A stretch of 63,990 nucleotides of DNA, the filler included, from Octopus bimaculoides (taxonomy: Eukaryota), in the NCBI RefSeq assembly GCF_001194135.2. It is 5 parts of 5 records of this genome, joined end to end, with 100 filler letters (N's around TTAATTAATTAA, not from the genome) between each part and the next. Parts side by side here need not be neighbours in the genome. Positions count along the whole stretch, not along the records: positions 1 to 26,027 come from NC_068984.1; 4 more parts are not named here. The stretch is one strand, 5' to 3'. Under the pieces are notes generated by a model, which worked only from the letters and a program-made list of their open reading frames with translations, did no database searches and was not told the origin of the DNA. Each line of letters begins with the position of its first letter. The first letter of the stretch is position 1. The position numbers were made by a program, and so were the translations under genes. Below, one piece after another: positions 1 to 13,081 of the stretch.

Positions 1-9
1 ATGTATGTA

Positions 10-64
<55 letters not shown>

Positions 65-279
65 AGCAAATATGTCTATCGATCACAAAATATTTTATTT
101 CTGTTTTGTGTTTTTTTCTTTTTCAGTGGCCATGGGACACACAACGGCTTTCGTATTTGTGTGTTACAATTGAGTACTTGTCCTGTATTGCGCCTTGATT
201 GTAAACTTTACTGTGCTTTGTGAGTCTCAGATTGGTTGGAAAATTCCTCACCACATAGATTGCATATCAGATTAGTTGC

Positions 280-520
280 TAGAAGTTGGTTCTATTCAAA
301 TTGAAGCCTTTCAACGTGCTTGCGTAGGTGACTTTTGAGGCAATTCTGGAGAGGCAAACTCGTCCACATTCGTAACATTCAAAACGTTGGACTGTTGAGA
401 AAACAGTCTCTCTTTTCCTGGCTGCTCGCTTTTCACTATCTCACTCTTGTGTAGATTCCTGAAACTTCCTGACACTATTGTGCGCCAGTTACTTCTGTCT
501 GGCATTGAAGAATTCTAGTC
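280..520 (-). mobile_element. RTE-clade LINE 3' end fragment (degenerate ORF C-terminus)
   Basis: Minus-strand translation gives DRSNWRTIV..G, then in another frame FECYECGRVCLSRI-(shift)-LKSHLRKH. This is the DRxxWR motif plus C-terminal CxxC..LxSHxR finger typical of RTE elements. Confidence 0.7.
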
Positions 521-1855
521 AGTTGTTTCATGTGAGTAAAAGAAAGAATGTGACATCTTTTTTTTTCGCTTAGTCCTTGTCGGAGGACAACGGAAAGCAA
601 TTTTTCCAACGTAAATTATACACTTCTCTGCAATAAATATTGGTTTCAAATTTTGGCACAAGGCCAGCAAGTTCAGGGTAAGGGGTAAGTCGATTAGATC
701 GACCCCAGTACTTAAAATTTGCAACCAGGATGATGTTATGTTGCGTGACAACCGTAGTTACAAAATGTAAAAGAAAAAATAAATAAAATAAAATAATTCC
801 TGAGGGAATAGTTTAGCTTAAAGGACTTGACGGTTATGAAATCTTTATGTCGAATAAATTAATGGCACTTATATACGCAGTACTTCACATTCTCATTAGA
901 ATAGGATGAGCTAAAATTAGATGCATGACAATGAAAAATAAGAAGATGAACGTGACTTGTCAACTTTGTTTAAAGAACTTAAGTAGCTGATACATCCCAG
1001 TTGGTTAAAGTGTCGTCTGACGTATTATTTTCCGGATTGTGCATGTGTCATGCATAGTTTTTCAGTACTTGCTACACATATTTTTCTCGACATCCTTTTC
1101 CGTTTCCATAAGAGGTAGACCATAGCATAAAATATGTCGTGGCAAATCCGCTTTCGCCTCTGATCCCTGTCTGTGGTGGTGTCAGCAAGCAACTTCATTG
1201 AATGTAATAGTCTATCAGGTTAGATTAACATTAATTTATGAAATATTTGCCTTTCAGAAAGCTCCACTTACACGATCATAAAAATCAAAGAACATCGCAA
1301 AAAGTTATATAACTTGATTTTGAGATCTAAAATAGTGGTTAGTGTAGATTTGGTTTTTTCAAAACATGTCCTATCAAAATTAATCTTTTTGAATGTAAAA
1401 TGTTGTCAGCTGAAAATCTCTACGCTTTTATAATTAACTGTTTATTATTTATCCTATATAGAATATATAAAAGCGAATGATGTCCAGCATTCATGTCTTC
1501 TGATAATGTTTCTGTTACTGTCAGCGCTTCACCTACCATAGAACACAACTGTTTTAAAGCTAAATTTACTAAATATGGTTTTAATTCAATTACTGACTGA
1601 ATATTTCCAAATGAAGTAAAACGTTATGCTTCTACTTATATTAATGGACATATTTGTCAGCAAGCAACTAATTTCTCTGTGGACAGAAAATTAGTTTTAT
1701 TTATTCATTTATTTGATGAAACTCTGAGGAGAGTAGAAACATGTTATGTCTCCAACGGAGGAGTAGAACTTGTAATAGAATCACTTTCTTTACTTTTCAC
1801 TGCAAGTTTAAAATTGTACGTTTATTAAAATGTTCAAAATACCTTACACACAGTG

Positions 1856-3105
1856 TACAAGGGTGGGCTGAAAGGTTCATAGACTAAATATGAAGGAGTG
1901 GCGGTAGAGCCGTGAAACCAAGCAGCATTAGTTTCCGCTCTATTTATTAATGACTGCATTGTTTCTTTCCAGGTAAACTGACACCTGACAATTTAGAGAA
2001 GGTTTCAAAAGAAACTGGTGGCGATTTCTCTTGGAAATGGACACACTTTAGCATTGCGGTGCGATCAAGTGCCTGTAAAAAAAGTGGTTTAGCTTCCAAA
2101 GATATTCATGCTGACATAATTGCTACATTAGAGGATGACACTCCAGCTTTAACAACAGTGCAAAAATGGGCAGCTGAATTTAGGAGAAGAATAGAGAGTC
2201 TTGAAGATGACTTCAGGTCCAGACGTCCTGCTACCGCCACCCCGAGGAAAACATTGATCATATTCCCCACAAGGTGATGGATGACAAGCGACTGACTATA
2301 AATTGAATAGCCAACGCTATTAGTATATCCTGTGAGAGAGTTGAGAATATTCTGCGCAATGAACTTGGCATGACAAAGGTTTCTGCTCGGTGGTTGCCAC
2401 ATCTTCTGACATCTGATCATCAGACTGATCACATCACGGCAAAATCTTACATTGTGTGAGGCAGATCCAACTGGGTTCCTTGAACGTTTGCTAACCCAGG
2501 ATGAGTCTTGGCTTCATCACTTTCAGCAAGAGACAATCTTTGTAGTGAAAATACCCCTCCTCACCTGCTCCGAAAGTCAAAGTCGTTTTATCTGTAGGGA
2601 ATAATTATAGCCTCAGTTTTGGGGGATGCGAAAAGCATTGCGTTTATTGCCCATCTTCAAGAGGGCCACATAAACAATGGAGAGTCCTGTGCCAACATGC
2701 TGAGGCAGTTAAGAAAGGCTATCAAGACCAAGCGGGCAGGAAAACTGATGAGAGATGTCTTGTTTCATCAAGACAATTCTCCAGCATATAAGTTCTCATT
2801 TTCAATGACTGTTGTGAGTGACTGTAGCTTTGATCACCCTCCCCATTCTCATGATTTGACCCCATCTGGCAATCACCTGTGTCCCAACATGAAAAAACAC
2901 TTGGCTGGGAACCAGTGAAGATGACGTCATATCTGTTGCTGCTACTAGTCACTATTGAAGTCTTCTTTGAACAGTCAGATGTCAGTTTACTTGGAAAGAA
3001 GCAATGCAGTTAATAAGAAGAGTTGAAATTAATGCATGCGGGATTTCACAGCTCTAGTATCACTCCTTCATAGTCAGCCTATGAACTTTTCAGCTCACTC
3101 CCATA
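1856..3105 (+). mobile_element. Full-length decayed mariner (DD34D) transposon, about 1.25 kb
   Basis: About 45-bp imperfect TIRs (TACAAGGGTGGGCTGAAAGGTTCATAGACT..GAAGGAGTG / CACTCCTTCATAGTCAGCCTATGAACTTTTCAGCTCACTCCCATA) with TA ends. Broken transposase: HTH (KDIHAD..TVQKWAAEF..ESLEDDFRSRRP), TQDESW, FHQDNSP, PPHSHDLTPS. Confidence 0.92.
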
Positions 3106-3253
3106 GTTCATTATAAATCAATAAATTTGTCCACGTTGTCATTGCTTGCTATATTATTTAAAACAGAATGACAAGTTTGACTGAATATTAGCTTGTATAT
3201 ACTATAAACAGCTATAAGCTATTAATCTCCTCGTAGACAGAAAACGAGTATTC

Positions 3254-3295
3254 TTTCTCTGATGAAGGCCTAGCAATACTAGAAACTAGTCTCAA
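3254..3295 (+). ncRNA. Degenerate minimal hammerhead ribozyme motif (probably inactive)
   Basis: CTGATGA-A-GGCCTAGCAATACTA-GAAAC-TA-GTC. Core, palindromic ACTAGT helix III and GUC triplet are present. Helix II lacks its closing pairs and helix I cannot form. Confidence 0.45.
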
Positions 3296-4299
3296 CGGTT
3301 CCACTTTTCTGTCCTTGGAGAACTGTAAACTGTGGTGTAACCTCTTAGTTTCGTTTTCAAAGAGACGCTAAAACTGTGTTTATTGGAAAGAATACCTTCT
3401 GTTTCAAATTATCGAAAAAAAAAAAATAGTGGAGTCCTACGCTCATCTTTGGTTTGAGAATAATTTTATCCATTCCTCCCACCAATCTTAGAGGCTCTGA
3501 AAATGGTCACTGGCGATACCCTTCCTCCAACATGGAGGTAAATAAGAGCGAGTTTTTGGGGGGTTTGTGATGCTTAATCACCACTCCAAAGTCCACATGA
3601 AAATGTGCAATGACTCATGTTATGGATACAATTGCTTCTTAATATATCATATAAACATAAACGTAACTGTGGTCGGCGCGTAAGAACAAAGAATGTGAGA
3701 ATTATAACGAGAGTAGAACAAAGATATATATATATATATATATATATANNNNNNNNNNNNNNNNNNNNNNNNNNNNNNNNNNNNNNNNNNNNNNNNNNNN
3801 NNNNNNNNNNNNNNNNNNNNNNNNNNNNNNNNNNNNNNNNNNNNNNNNNNNNNNNNNNNNNNNNNNNNNNNNNNNNNNNNNNNNNNNNNNNNNNNNNNNN
3901 NNNNNNNNNNNNNNNNNNNNNNNNNNNNNNNNNNNNNNNNNNNNNNNNNNNNNNNNNNNNNNNNNNNNNNNNNNNNNNNNNNNNNNNNNNNNNNNNNNNN
4001 NNNNNNNNNNNNNNNNNNNNNNNNNNNNNNNNNNNNNNNNNNNNNNNNNNNNNNNNNNNNNNNNNNNNNNNNNNNNNNNNNNNNNNNNNNNNNNNNNNNN
4101 NNNNNNNNNNNNNNNNNNNNNNNNNNNNNNNNNNNNNNNNNNNNNNNNNNNNNNNNNNNNNNNNNNNNNNNNNNNNNNNNNNNNNNNTACATATGCTTGT
4201 GCGGGGTGTTCGGGCTAAATTTAACAGTTTGCATAAACCGAAAAGAAAACAATATCCCATCCTACAATAAATATATAAAAAAATGTTTTTAAATATCAA

Positions 4300-5420
4300 C
4301 TAGATTATGTCTGGGAAATAACAACTTACTCGAAGTAGCCAACCTCAGCTTCCACCACAACCTCAAGACGGTTCTGAAGCCTGGCTCATGCGTTCCTCAC
4401 TGAGTTTCTCGGAAGATCTTCGAACACCTCCTTGATCTTGAACACCAGCTCAGTCCTCATGTCCTACTCAACCACGTTCCGCCCCCACGGTAATACATGG
4501 GATTACAATTAGCGGAATTAAGAGGCCAGAAATTGGGGCTGGTTATGTCGTAGAAATTCTCCGACAACCACCTCTGACTCTTTCTGGAGTTGTGACAAAG
4601 AACCGAATACTGCATTCATTTTGGATGGGATATTGTGTCTTCTTTTCGTTTAATGAAAACTGTCAAAATTAGCTCGAACACCCTCCATATGCATATGACC
4701 TTTCAACAGCAACTGTCTCTAACCAGAGATTGACCAGAACCCAGCAGCATCATATAGTCGTTTGAATTGAGCCTAAGTTCTTATTCAAAGATGTGAAGAT
4801 GAATTTCGGCATGCGGACGCTGAACACAGCTTCCAGTCTCTTTTGCAGATGTCCATGTTACGTCTTACAGACTTTACAGCAGGAGTTCTCAACCATTTCT
4901 TATCTATAGACCCCTTTGATTACCATTGCCATTCGATGTTTAAAAGCTAGTTTTATAGGTTCTTTCAAAATTTCTATTTTGTTTTTTTACACATTAACTT
5001 GTGTAAATTGAACAATGTAAAATGTTAGAGAAAGAAACCTGGAAGTTTCTTACAATACATATCAATACATACATCTAAAGCAAATTTCTGTAGGGGGCCC
5101 TTAAAATATTGTTGTGGATCCCCGTTTTATTATTTTGCTGTGTGGACTCCCCAAAATCTTATGTGGACTCAGAAGGGCCACATGGACCCCAGTTGAGAAC
5201 CACTACTTTACAGTGTTCATAGGGCATCGAACAGCAGCCACGCTATCCACATTTTGACACCAGACACGAATCATTATGGTACACAGAGCACTTTTCTAGT
5301 ATTCAGATGGCTTCCAGTCTGCCATGTCAGCTAATTTTTTTTCTCAACCACAACTTTATTCTTCGGGCTCTCCAACGCCGTTAACCGTTCACTAATACAT
5401 CAAGCTGTTTCTGAAAAAAA
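4300..5420 (-). mobile_element. Tc1/mariner DD37D (maT-like) transposase remnant, interrupted by a hAT MITE
   Basis: Minus strand: MADWKPSEY N-terminus near 5330; SQRWLSENFYDITSPNFWPLNSANCNPMYY and KIKEVFEDLPRNSV..RLQNRLEVVVEAEVGYFE*, homologous to the copies at 14.9 and 60.4 kb. Confidence 0.75.
4880..5205. mobile_element. hAT (Charlie-like) MITE, 326 bp
   Basis: TIRs CAGGAGTTCTCAAC / GTTGAGAACCACTA with a perfect 8-bp target-site duplication CTTTACAG (4872-4879 and 5206-5213). Confidence 0.88.
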
Positions 5421-5579
5421 AGACATAAAATATGGTAAAAACACCTAACATACATACATGCATATATACATACATCCTTTCATACATACATACATACATA
5501 TAATGTGTGTGTGTGTGTGTGTGTGTGTGTCTACATCACAAGCATTTTATAACAGCTGATTAAGTCAATAGAGTATCGG

Positions 5580-6900
5580 CTTTCCAGATCAGATAATACT
5601 GATTTGTGTCCTATCGTCGCATTGCTCTGTGTCTAAGGGAAAATGTTTAACTATCAATACTTCTACCAACTGAACTGTAATTAGGTCGCCGATGAAAATA
5701 TGGTTGGTCGAGCGCAGTAAACAGAGAGGAATAGTGCAAATGTTTCGTTAGCTGAACTGAAAATTCTTCTCTCTATGTGTGGAAGACAATAACCTGACAT
5801 GTTCAGTGGTGCTTTAACTATCTAATGGTTACAGTCAAGACGATCAGTGAGATTTTTTGGAAAACCTGTAATCAAGATGAGGTAAAACACCAGATTCAAA
5901 AGCAAAACTAGGATTAGAAAAATATCAGATTTAAAAATAGCAGAATTTACTTTTATATGAAGTACATAATTTGTCTTCCACTTAAGACGGCGTGCTAGCA
6001 AAATCGTTAGTATGCCGGGGCAAACGCTTAGCGGCATTTCGTCTGTCTTTACGTTCTGGGTTCAAATTCCACCGAGGTCGACTTTGCCTTTCATCCTTTC
6101 GGGGTCGATAAAATTGAGCACCAGTTGAGCACTAGGGTAGATGTAATCGACTTACCCCTTCCACTGAAATTACTGGCCTTGTACCAAAACTTGAAGTTCA
6201 TCTTTTTATGTCTTTTAACTTCTAACAGTAATCAGGATATTTTCTGGGGAGATTGGTAAATTGTCTGCTGTTAAATGATAATTTTTCCATTGATCATCAG
6301 GAATATTTAGATTACTTTCTGATGTGAACTGTTAGTGAAATGATAGACGTAGGATATATGCTGGGATTATAAGCTATCTTTGGGCCTAGCATCTTGAATT
6401 AGCAATAATTCCATCTTCATTAACAGGAAGCCTTTTACATATTTGAATTTCCACAAGGAATTTCAAACAATCAATTTTAAATCGTATATTGTTTTCATCA
6501 CCAAAAAGTTAACTCATTAAATACGTTGTTGTCTTTCCTCCATGGTAAGCATTATTAATATTTTTGTAATTACTTTTATTGCTTCGATCAATTTCTCATG
6601 ATTTAATGTTTTTCAATAATTCATCTTTAATAAATGATTTATGTATTCATGCAGAGATTGGAATTCAATATTTAGTAAATTCACCTTCTGTAGTATTACA
6701 TACTGAAGAGAAAATAGAATGTTTGATTCATGATTGCTTAATACGCTTTAAATTTTCTCGGCATCATCAACTTTATCAACTTTCGATTCACTTCCGAAAT
6801 AAAAAAATAAACCATCAAAATATCGAGAAATGCACTTTGTATAAGTTAAAATATTTTGTGATAAATTACCGCAACAACTTTTATATAAGTGTGATCACCC
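5580..6900 (-). pseudogene. Decayed hAT-superfamily transposase (C-terminal half), interrupted by a SINE
   Basis: Minus-strand fragments in order: KCISRYFDGLFFYFGSESKVDK, YVILQKVNLLNIEFQS, FKIDCLKFLVEIQICKRLP, and YCLPHIERRIFS resembling the hAT dimerisation motif LPHS..ERxFS. Multiple stops and frameshifts. Confidence 0.72.
5982..6200 (+). mobile_element. tRNA-derived SINE, family M (MetaSINE-like central domain)
   Basis: B-box-like GGGTTCAAATTCC followed by GACTTTGCCTTTCATCCTTTCGGGGTCGATAAAA. Homologous copies at 18040, 23340, 40855 and 62420. Confidence 0.85.
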
Positions 6901-9900
6901 GTTATCTCCTGCTTCTGCCAGAAAAGTTACATGTTAAATCTTCTGTGAAAGCCTCTAAATGTAAAGGGAATACGCTTACAGCATGGCCAACACAAAGAGC
7001 GAAAGAATGACAGATACATACCATGATTAAAAAGAGCTATTCCATTCTGAATGACATACGGAAGTTTTGTTCTTCTCGTTGATAATTTTTTAACAAACTT
7101 ACAAATAATCAGAAGGTTATCATTGTTTGCAAAGAGAGTGAATGAGATATTCACTAAAATATCAAGTAATATGTACATCCCTTTTCGCTGTTTGTTCACT
7201 TTCCATTAACTTCTTTGCCATAAGGAACATCAGCACTAGATTTAACCGTATCAAAGCAGTTCTTATGTCTGACAGAAATGGTGGGTTTCATTAACATGGA
7301 TTATTTATATTTCTTTGAGTAACATTGTGGCATTTACAGCAACTATCTTCTTTATAATTGTTATGTTTTTGAAACCAATCTTTAAAAATAAGATTTAGCC
7401 GTCATTTTTATTTGAATGATTATGCATACCACTTTAATTTTAACGGTAGCTTACATTTCATCACTCATTACTAAGAAGTGCAAATAATATACAAATGTAA
7501 CAAAGTTATGACGACAGGAACAATGGGACTACTCTTATACAAGTCACACAATGGCATGGTTGGTAGGCATAAATGACACACATACACAGATTATAAAACC
7601 CCAAATTATAAAATATTTCCAAAATAGAAACCCAGAGGAACAAAATAGTCCCAGCATTGGCAGCCTAGTTACAATAAAATCCATTACAGTGATATCGAAT
7701 GCGAATATAGAGAAATGACGTTGACTTTACCTTTTATCCCAGTAACCATCAATCAACTATGAGTTATATATTGAAATTGGATCAACATATTATATCACAT
7801 TCTCCGGACGAAATAAGAGACATTCAATGATTAAGGAAGAACCATTAACTAAATGAATATGGTACAAGTTGCATGATATCAGACCTGTAAATTTGATTCC
7901 AGCTACAAGTGTTGTTGTCTCTTTTACTTGAACAAAATGTTTAATCTCTATCTACTTGGCTATGGTTTCACACCAAGAAATCCTTATTCGATACATATGT
8001 TATGCAGGGAAACAGTTACTGGTAAAACAAAAAGCGTTTCATTCACTTAAGTTAGATCAACTGTAGAGTTTCTAAATGACAACCACATCGCTACATGACG
8101 GTGACATGCTTGAACAGGGAATGATTCTCAGAAGATTTGTATACCTACAACACAGGCTTTTTGATAAGTCTCGGATTTTTATTGTAACGTACTTATATCT
8201 GACTTTAAAAAAACAAAAACAAAAATACATATGCATGATCTAAAATGGATAGAATATAAAATTTTCTGTACAGTTTAAGTTATTATTACTTTTATTTAAT
8301 ACAATTTATACTTTTTCATTAAGAGTTCAAATTTTCTGAAGGATGAACAGAATTATGTAACACCTCACATCTCAACAGTCAAATCTTAATAATAAAGAAA
8401 TCTTAGGAAGAAACATCTCCAACGACGAAACCTTTTTTGTTAGTGTTCAATATAGCCTTTAAATCTTGTTAATTCTTAAAAGCAGAGGCCAGATGTCTCA
8501 AATCCTTGATCTTAGGCCAACGTAATTGTAATAAAAATCGTGTGGCTATGGTTATAACGCTGGCCAAATGTTTCACTCCCTTAGCCACCTGTACATATGT
8601 CATAAGTGTGCTGAAGCAAGCTAGCCGAGGCTAACATACAATAAAGTACAATATATCTATAAAATACTCGTAAAATATTCCTATCACTTAACACAGACGA
8701 ATTTCCGGTCGGTCAGCCCAAACAACGGCTCAATGACTTCTTTATATAAGGGAACCATACGAAATGTCAGGCAATTCAAACATTTTATTGTTTTTCAAAT
8801 GAAAGTGCCTTGGCAGACTCTTCTACCTATGATCATTTACAAACATTAAACAAACCCTGTCGTCCGCCTAAATATGAACCAAATTATTTACCCTGAGGCG
8901 TTACCACCGTTTAAAGACCTCTATTTTAAAGTAAACATACATGTATGAAATTGACATCTCATTGTAATTAGTTGTATAATAAATAAATAAATAAATATAC
9001 AAACGTTCTACCAAAAGCTTAGCTGGCTTCACAAAACAAGCTCTGTAAGAACCTAACGTTAATAAGTTACCCCGTGTCTCATCTAGAGAACCCCCCAACT
9101 AATTATGTAGACCCTAGCATAGTTAAAGGGTTAGGGGACGAAGATTGCAGTCTGTTCCGGAGGGCATTTTGGTATGAAGTAGGGGAAGTACTGTATGTTT
9201 TATGTTTTTCAGAGTGCGACAGACTCGAGGACCGCCCGGACAGTACCAGCTTGAGCTACGCCACTGTATGTAGGACGTCTATCTGTTGCTGATGCAACTT
9301 AAAAGCTTCAGGTTGAACTTTATTTCAATAACTATTTTTTTAATGCCTGTACCTTTAAATTGAAAATGAAGAAGAAACATACGCAAATGTTAATGCCAGT
9401 ATTTGTGCTTGAGGTATGTAACAGAGGTTTATAATGACGAGATAAAAAGGAAGTGACTACCGACACTAGCTAGCTTCAAGGTCATGATGAACTGAGCCTG
9501 CGATTCCGTTTTAATTCCGAATGTGACTATTTGACTTCATTTTTGTTTCTCATGAGAAACACATGAGAGCCACGTAATTCCGTTTCTTCTCTGCTGCAAA
9601 TAATTTAATGTTCTGTGTTTACGTGAGAAAAACCTACGTAAAAATTTATGTTTAAATGAAATAAAACAAATAAAATAAACTTTCATTTGTTACAAAAAAT
9701 TTCGTATTAGAAAAATAATCAAACTGGAAACCCATATTTAAATATTCTTCTCTAAATTTGATAAATGAAGCATTCATTTCAGCATCGGTATTAATCAATA
9801 ATTCAACTATTATCATTTTACTCCCCAAATGCTTTTTAAATGTTTGATATTGTTACTTGAGGCAGTCTTTAATTCAACATCAACAATACTAGCAAATGTG

Positions 9901-10491
9901 CTTTAGGACACTTGCTTTTCTTTCGCTAATGTCCAAATACCAGTTACTATGGGTGGCAGTGTTTAAGGGCACGCTTCCCTGCTTAACATCGATAGTTCAG
10001 CCTCACGCATGCTAAACAAGATTGTTTAGCCAGTCAATGACCTAATTTGCTTTGCTTTAGCCGTCAGGCATTCTCTTCCCAATACTTCCCACCCCCGCTG
10101 CTACTTCTGCTTAACCTCTCCACCTTACCACGTAATTATGTTCATAACACCCGTCTAGTCAACTGTTTACTCCTTTTCTTCTTATTATTTTTGTTTCGTT
10201 TTGTATTGTAGTCCGTCTCTTTGGAATAAAATAAAATAAAAAAATTCGGCAAAAAAAAAAAATGAAAAAAAGAAACAGTATTCCTTTATGAATTTACTTC
10301 CTTTTTCCATTGCTCGTCCACAGCAATAGTTCACTAGCTCTGAGTTCTTACAATTTATAGCAACGTACATGCTGTGTACCAAACTCGTATTTCTTCAGCA
10401 CAACCATAGCATTTCTCGCAAGAGGCATGCTATTCATTATAAACATACAAATATAGTAGTAGTAGTAGTAGCAGTAGTAGTAGTAGTAGTT

Positions 10492-10534
<43 letters not shown>

Positions 10535-10842
10535 AGATATTAGAGAAAAATAAACGAAACATACAATGAATATAAAAACAATATGCTATATTTTTGGTAT
10601 AACTTTTTTTGGCATTATCATTTTAGTGTTAAACGAGTAAAATTAAGAAAATATTGAATTAAATTTTGTGTTTGATGGAAATTGGATGAAACAGTTTTTT
10701 TTTTTTTTTTTTAGAATTATTTAACATTAGAACTTTGTGAAAGTACTATTTCTATAGATATTTTCCGTCAATAAACTTTGATACAAACTTACATCCACGC
10801 ACGCGCACGCGCACTCACACAAACGCAGACACGCACCCACAT

Positions 10843-11260
10843 CTTTTATTGGTTTCAGTCATTAGACTGCGGCCATGCTTGGGCACCACCTTCAAGAATT
10901 TTTAGTCAAATGAACCGACCCCAGTAATTTTTTTAAAGTCTGATACTTATTTTATCGCCACCTTTTTGTCGAACCGCTAGATTACGGGGACATAAACACA
11001 CCACCACCGGTTGTCAAGTGGTGGCAGGAGACACAGACACAAACGCACACACATGTATGTATAAATAATATACATATATACATACATACGTACATACATA
11101 CATACATACATACATACATACATACATGCATACGACGGGCTCCTTTCAGAGTCCGTCTACCAAATCCACTCACAAGGCAGTGACTTACCCAAGGAGTCTC
11201 GCAGTGGAACTGAACACGGGACCATGTGGTTGAGAAGCAAGCTTCTTATATCACACCCAG
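10843..11260 (-). mobile_element. tRNA-derived SINE, family C (CORE-like), diverged copy
   Basis: Reverse complement of the recurrent GAGTGGCTGTGTGGTAAG..TTGGGCAAG..internal (TA/CA)n..GGCCGCAGTC..GAAAC..TAAAAGA element. Confidence 0.85.
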
Positions 11261-11856
11261 TTTTTATGTTGTTATAATAAAAAGTTTTACATTAATCTGT
11301 TGTGTCACTCTATAATTTTGCAGAGCACAAATTCATCACTTTTAAACAAGAATGTTGTTGAGAGTGACTTCGAAGTTTCGGCAAAGTAAGCCATTTTCCG
11401 TTGCTCCACTGCGACCTGATCTCTGATGTATCTCTGCTACCGTGGTACTGTGTCCGTGACACGGTTACATTGGTATATCAGAAACTATAACAGTGAAATG
11501 AACATTTTTTTAAAAATGTGATAAGAATTTTTGTGTTTTCATGTGGCTTAATATGCTTCAATCTTTTAATATGCGGTTCCAGATTAAGAAACGAGGCCCA
11601 AAATATGTGTGTGTATGTGTGTGTGTGTGTGTATCTGTGTCTATGTGTGTCCTCAACAGGCACCCCATAAGACAACGGCTCAATGACTTATACAATTGTA
11701 ACTTGATATAAATACACACACATTCATACATGCACACACACAACACACCCTCTCTCTCAAACACACACATTATACACACACACTCACTTAAGTGGTGCCA
11801 ATGGGTCGAGAAATTACGAAGAGTTTTCCTTTTCGGTTCGCATTGAAGAAAATTTA

Positions 11857-12076
11857 AGTGGCTGTGTGGTAAGTAGCTTGCTTACTAATCCACATGGTTC
11901 CAGGTTCAGTCCCACTGCGTGGCATCNNNNNNNNNNNNNNNNNNNNNNNNNNNNNNNNNNNNNNNNNNNNNNNNNNNNNNNNNNNNNNNNNNNNNNNNNN
12001 NNNNNNNNNNNNNNNNNNNNNNNNNNNNNNNNNNNNNNNNNNNNNNNNNNNNNNNNNNNNNNNNNNNNNNNNNNNN

Positions 12077-12109
<33 letters not shown>

Positions 12110-12327
12110 TGGTGTGTCTGTGTTTGTCCCCCCACCCCCAACATCGCTTGACAACCGATGCTGGTGTGTTTACGTCCCCGTAACTTAGCGGTTCGGCAAA
12201 AGAAACTGATAGAATAAGTACTAGGCTTACAAAGAATAAGTCCTGGGGTCGATTTTCTCGACTAAAGGCGGTGCTCCAGCATGGCCACAGTCAAATGACT
12301 GAAACAAGTAAATGAGTAAAAAAGAGT
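11857..12327 (+). mobile_element. SINE family C copy (internal N gap)
   Basis: Head AGTGGCTGTGTGGTAAGTAGCTTGCTTAC, B-box-like GGTTCAGTCCC, 3' end GACTGAAACAAGTAAA. Confidence 0.9.
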
Positions 12328-12499
12328 GTATGTACAGAAATGCTTTAATATAATGCAGAATATTGAGAAAATTCTTTAAATCAAGATAGAATCTGACCAT
12401 TGCAATACTAATGACGAAATGCAAACTCCCATTCCTATTCCACTGTCTTTACTTGTCGTCTCTTCCTCTTGAAAAGTGGTCACGCCTCACAACATACAT

Positions 12500-12990
12500 A
12501 CATGATGATGATGGCTGTCCACTCGTGACCGAGGAAGACCATTGCCGACCTTCATGAACATTGTGCGCTCTAGGACTAACATATATTTTGTATTTGCGGC
12601 TCCGTTGGTGGCTAATGAGCCCTGCTCTTTACAAGCATACACGACTGCAAACATTGCAGACCAAGCTTTCCTCATTCCCTATACGAGCCGTGCGCTTTCG
12701 CGCAGCTCGCTTAAGTTCTTCATGCTGGANNNNNNNNNNATTGCAGACCAAGCTTTCCTCATTCCCTATACGAGCCGTGCGCTTTCGCGCAGCTCGCTTA
12801 AGTTCTTCATGCTGGATACGTGCTCTCTCAAAAGTGTCGATCCTCTCCTTAACCTGCTTCCTCCATCTGTGGCGATACTTCTAGACCAGGAGAGAACCTT
12901 CTCACGGTCATTTGACCAACTAACAATAACAATCAAATTCCCTCAAATCACACCCGCTCATCTAAAAACAAGAAGGACGCACCAGACAAT
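12500..12990 (-). mobile_element. RTE-clade LINE 3' end with (CAT)n tail
   Basis: Minus strand RHRWRKQVKERIDTFERAR..KRAARKR..LVCNVCSRVCL*RAGLISHQRSR, short 3' UTR ending CATCATCAT. A 77-bp duplication across the 10-N gap is an assembly overlap. Confidence 0.85.
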
Positions 12991-13028
12991 ATTCATACAT
13001 ACATACATACATACATACATACATACGT

Positions 13029-13059
<31 letters not shown>

Positions 13060-13081
13060 TACGTACATACATTACATGTAT

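Noticed and set aside
6579-7010. 143-aa plus-strand ORF
   Set aside because: Antisense shadow of the decayed hAT transposase on the minus strand.
7600-8160. Coding-looking plus-strand fragments (WYKLHDIRP.., FNLYLLGYGF..)
   Set aside because: Stops in every frame and no motif I can identify; needs tBLASTx before any call.
8722-11689. Shared 18-mer ACAACGGCTCAATGACTT at 8722 and 11672
   Set aside because: Flanks do not align; most simply a fragment of a dispersed repeat or chance.
12653-12816. 77-bp exact direct repeat
   Set aside because: Identical copies either side of a 10-N gap: unmerged contig overlap.
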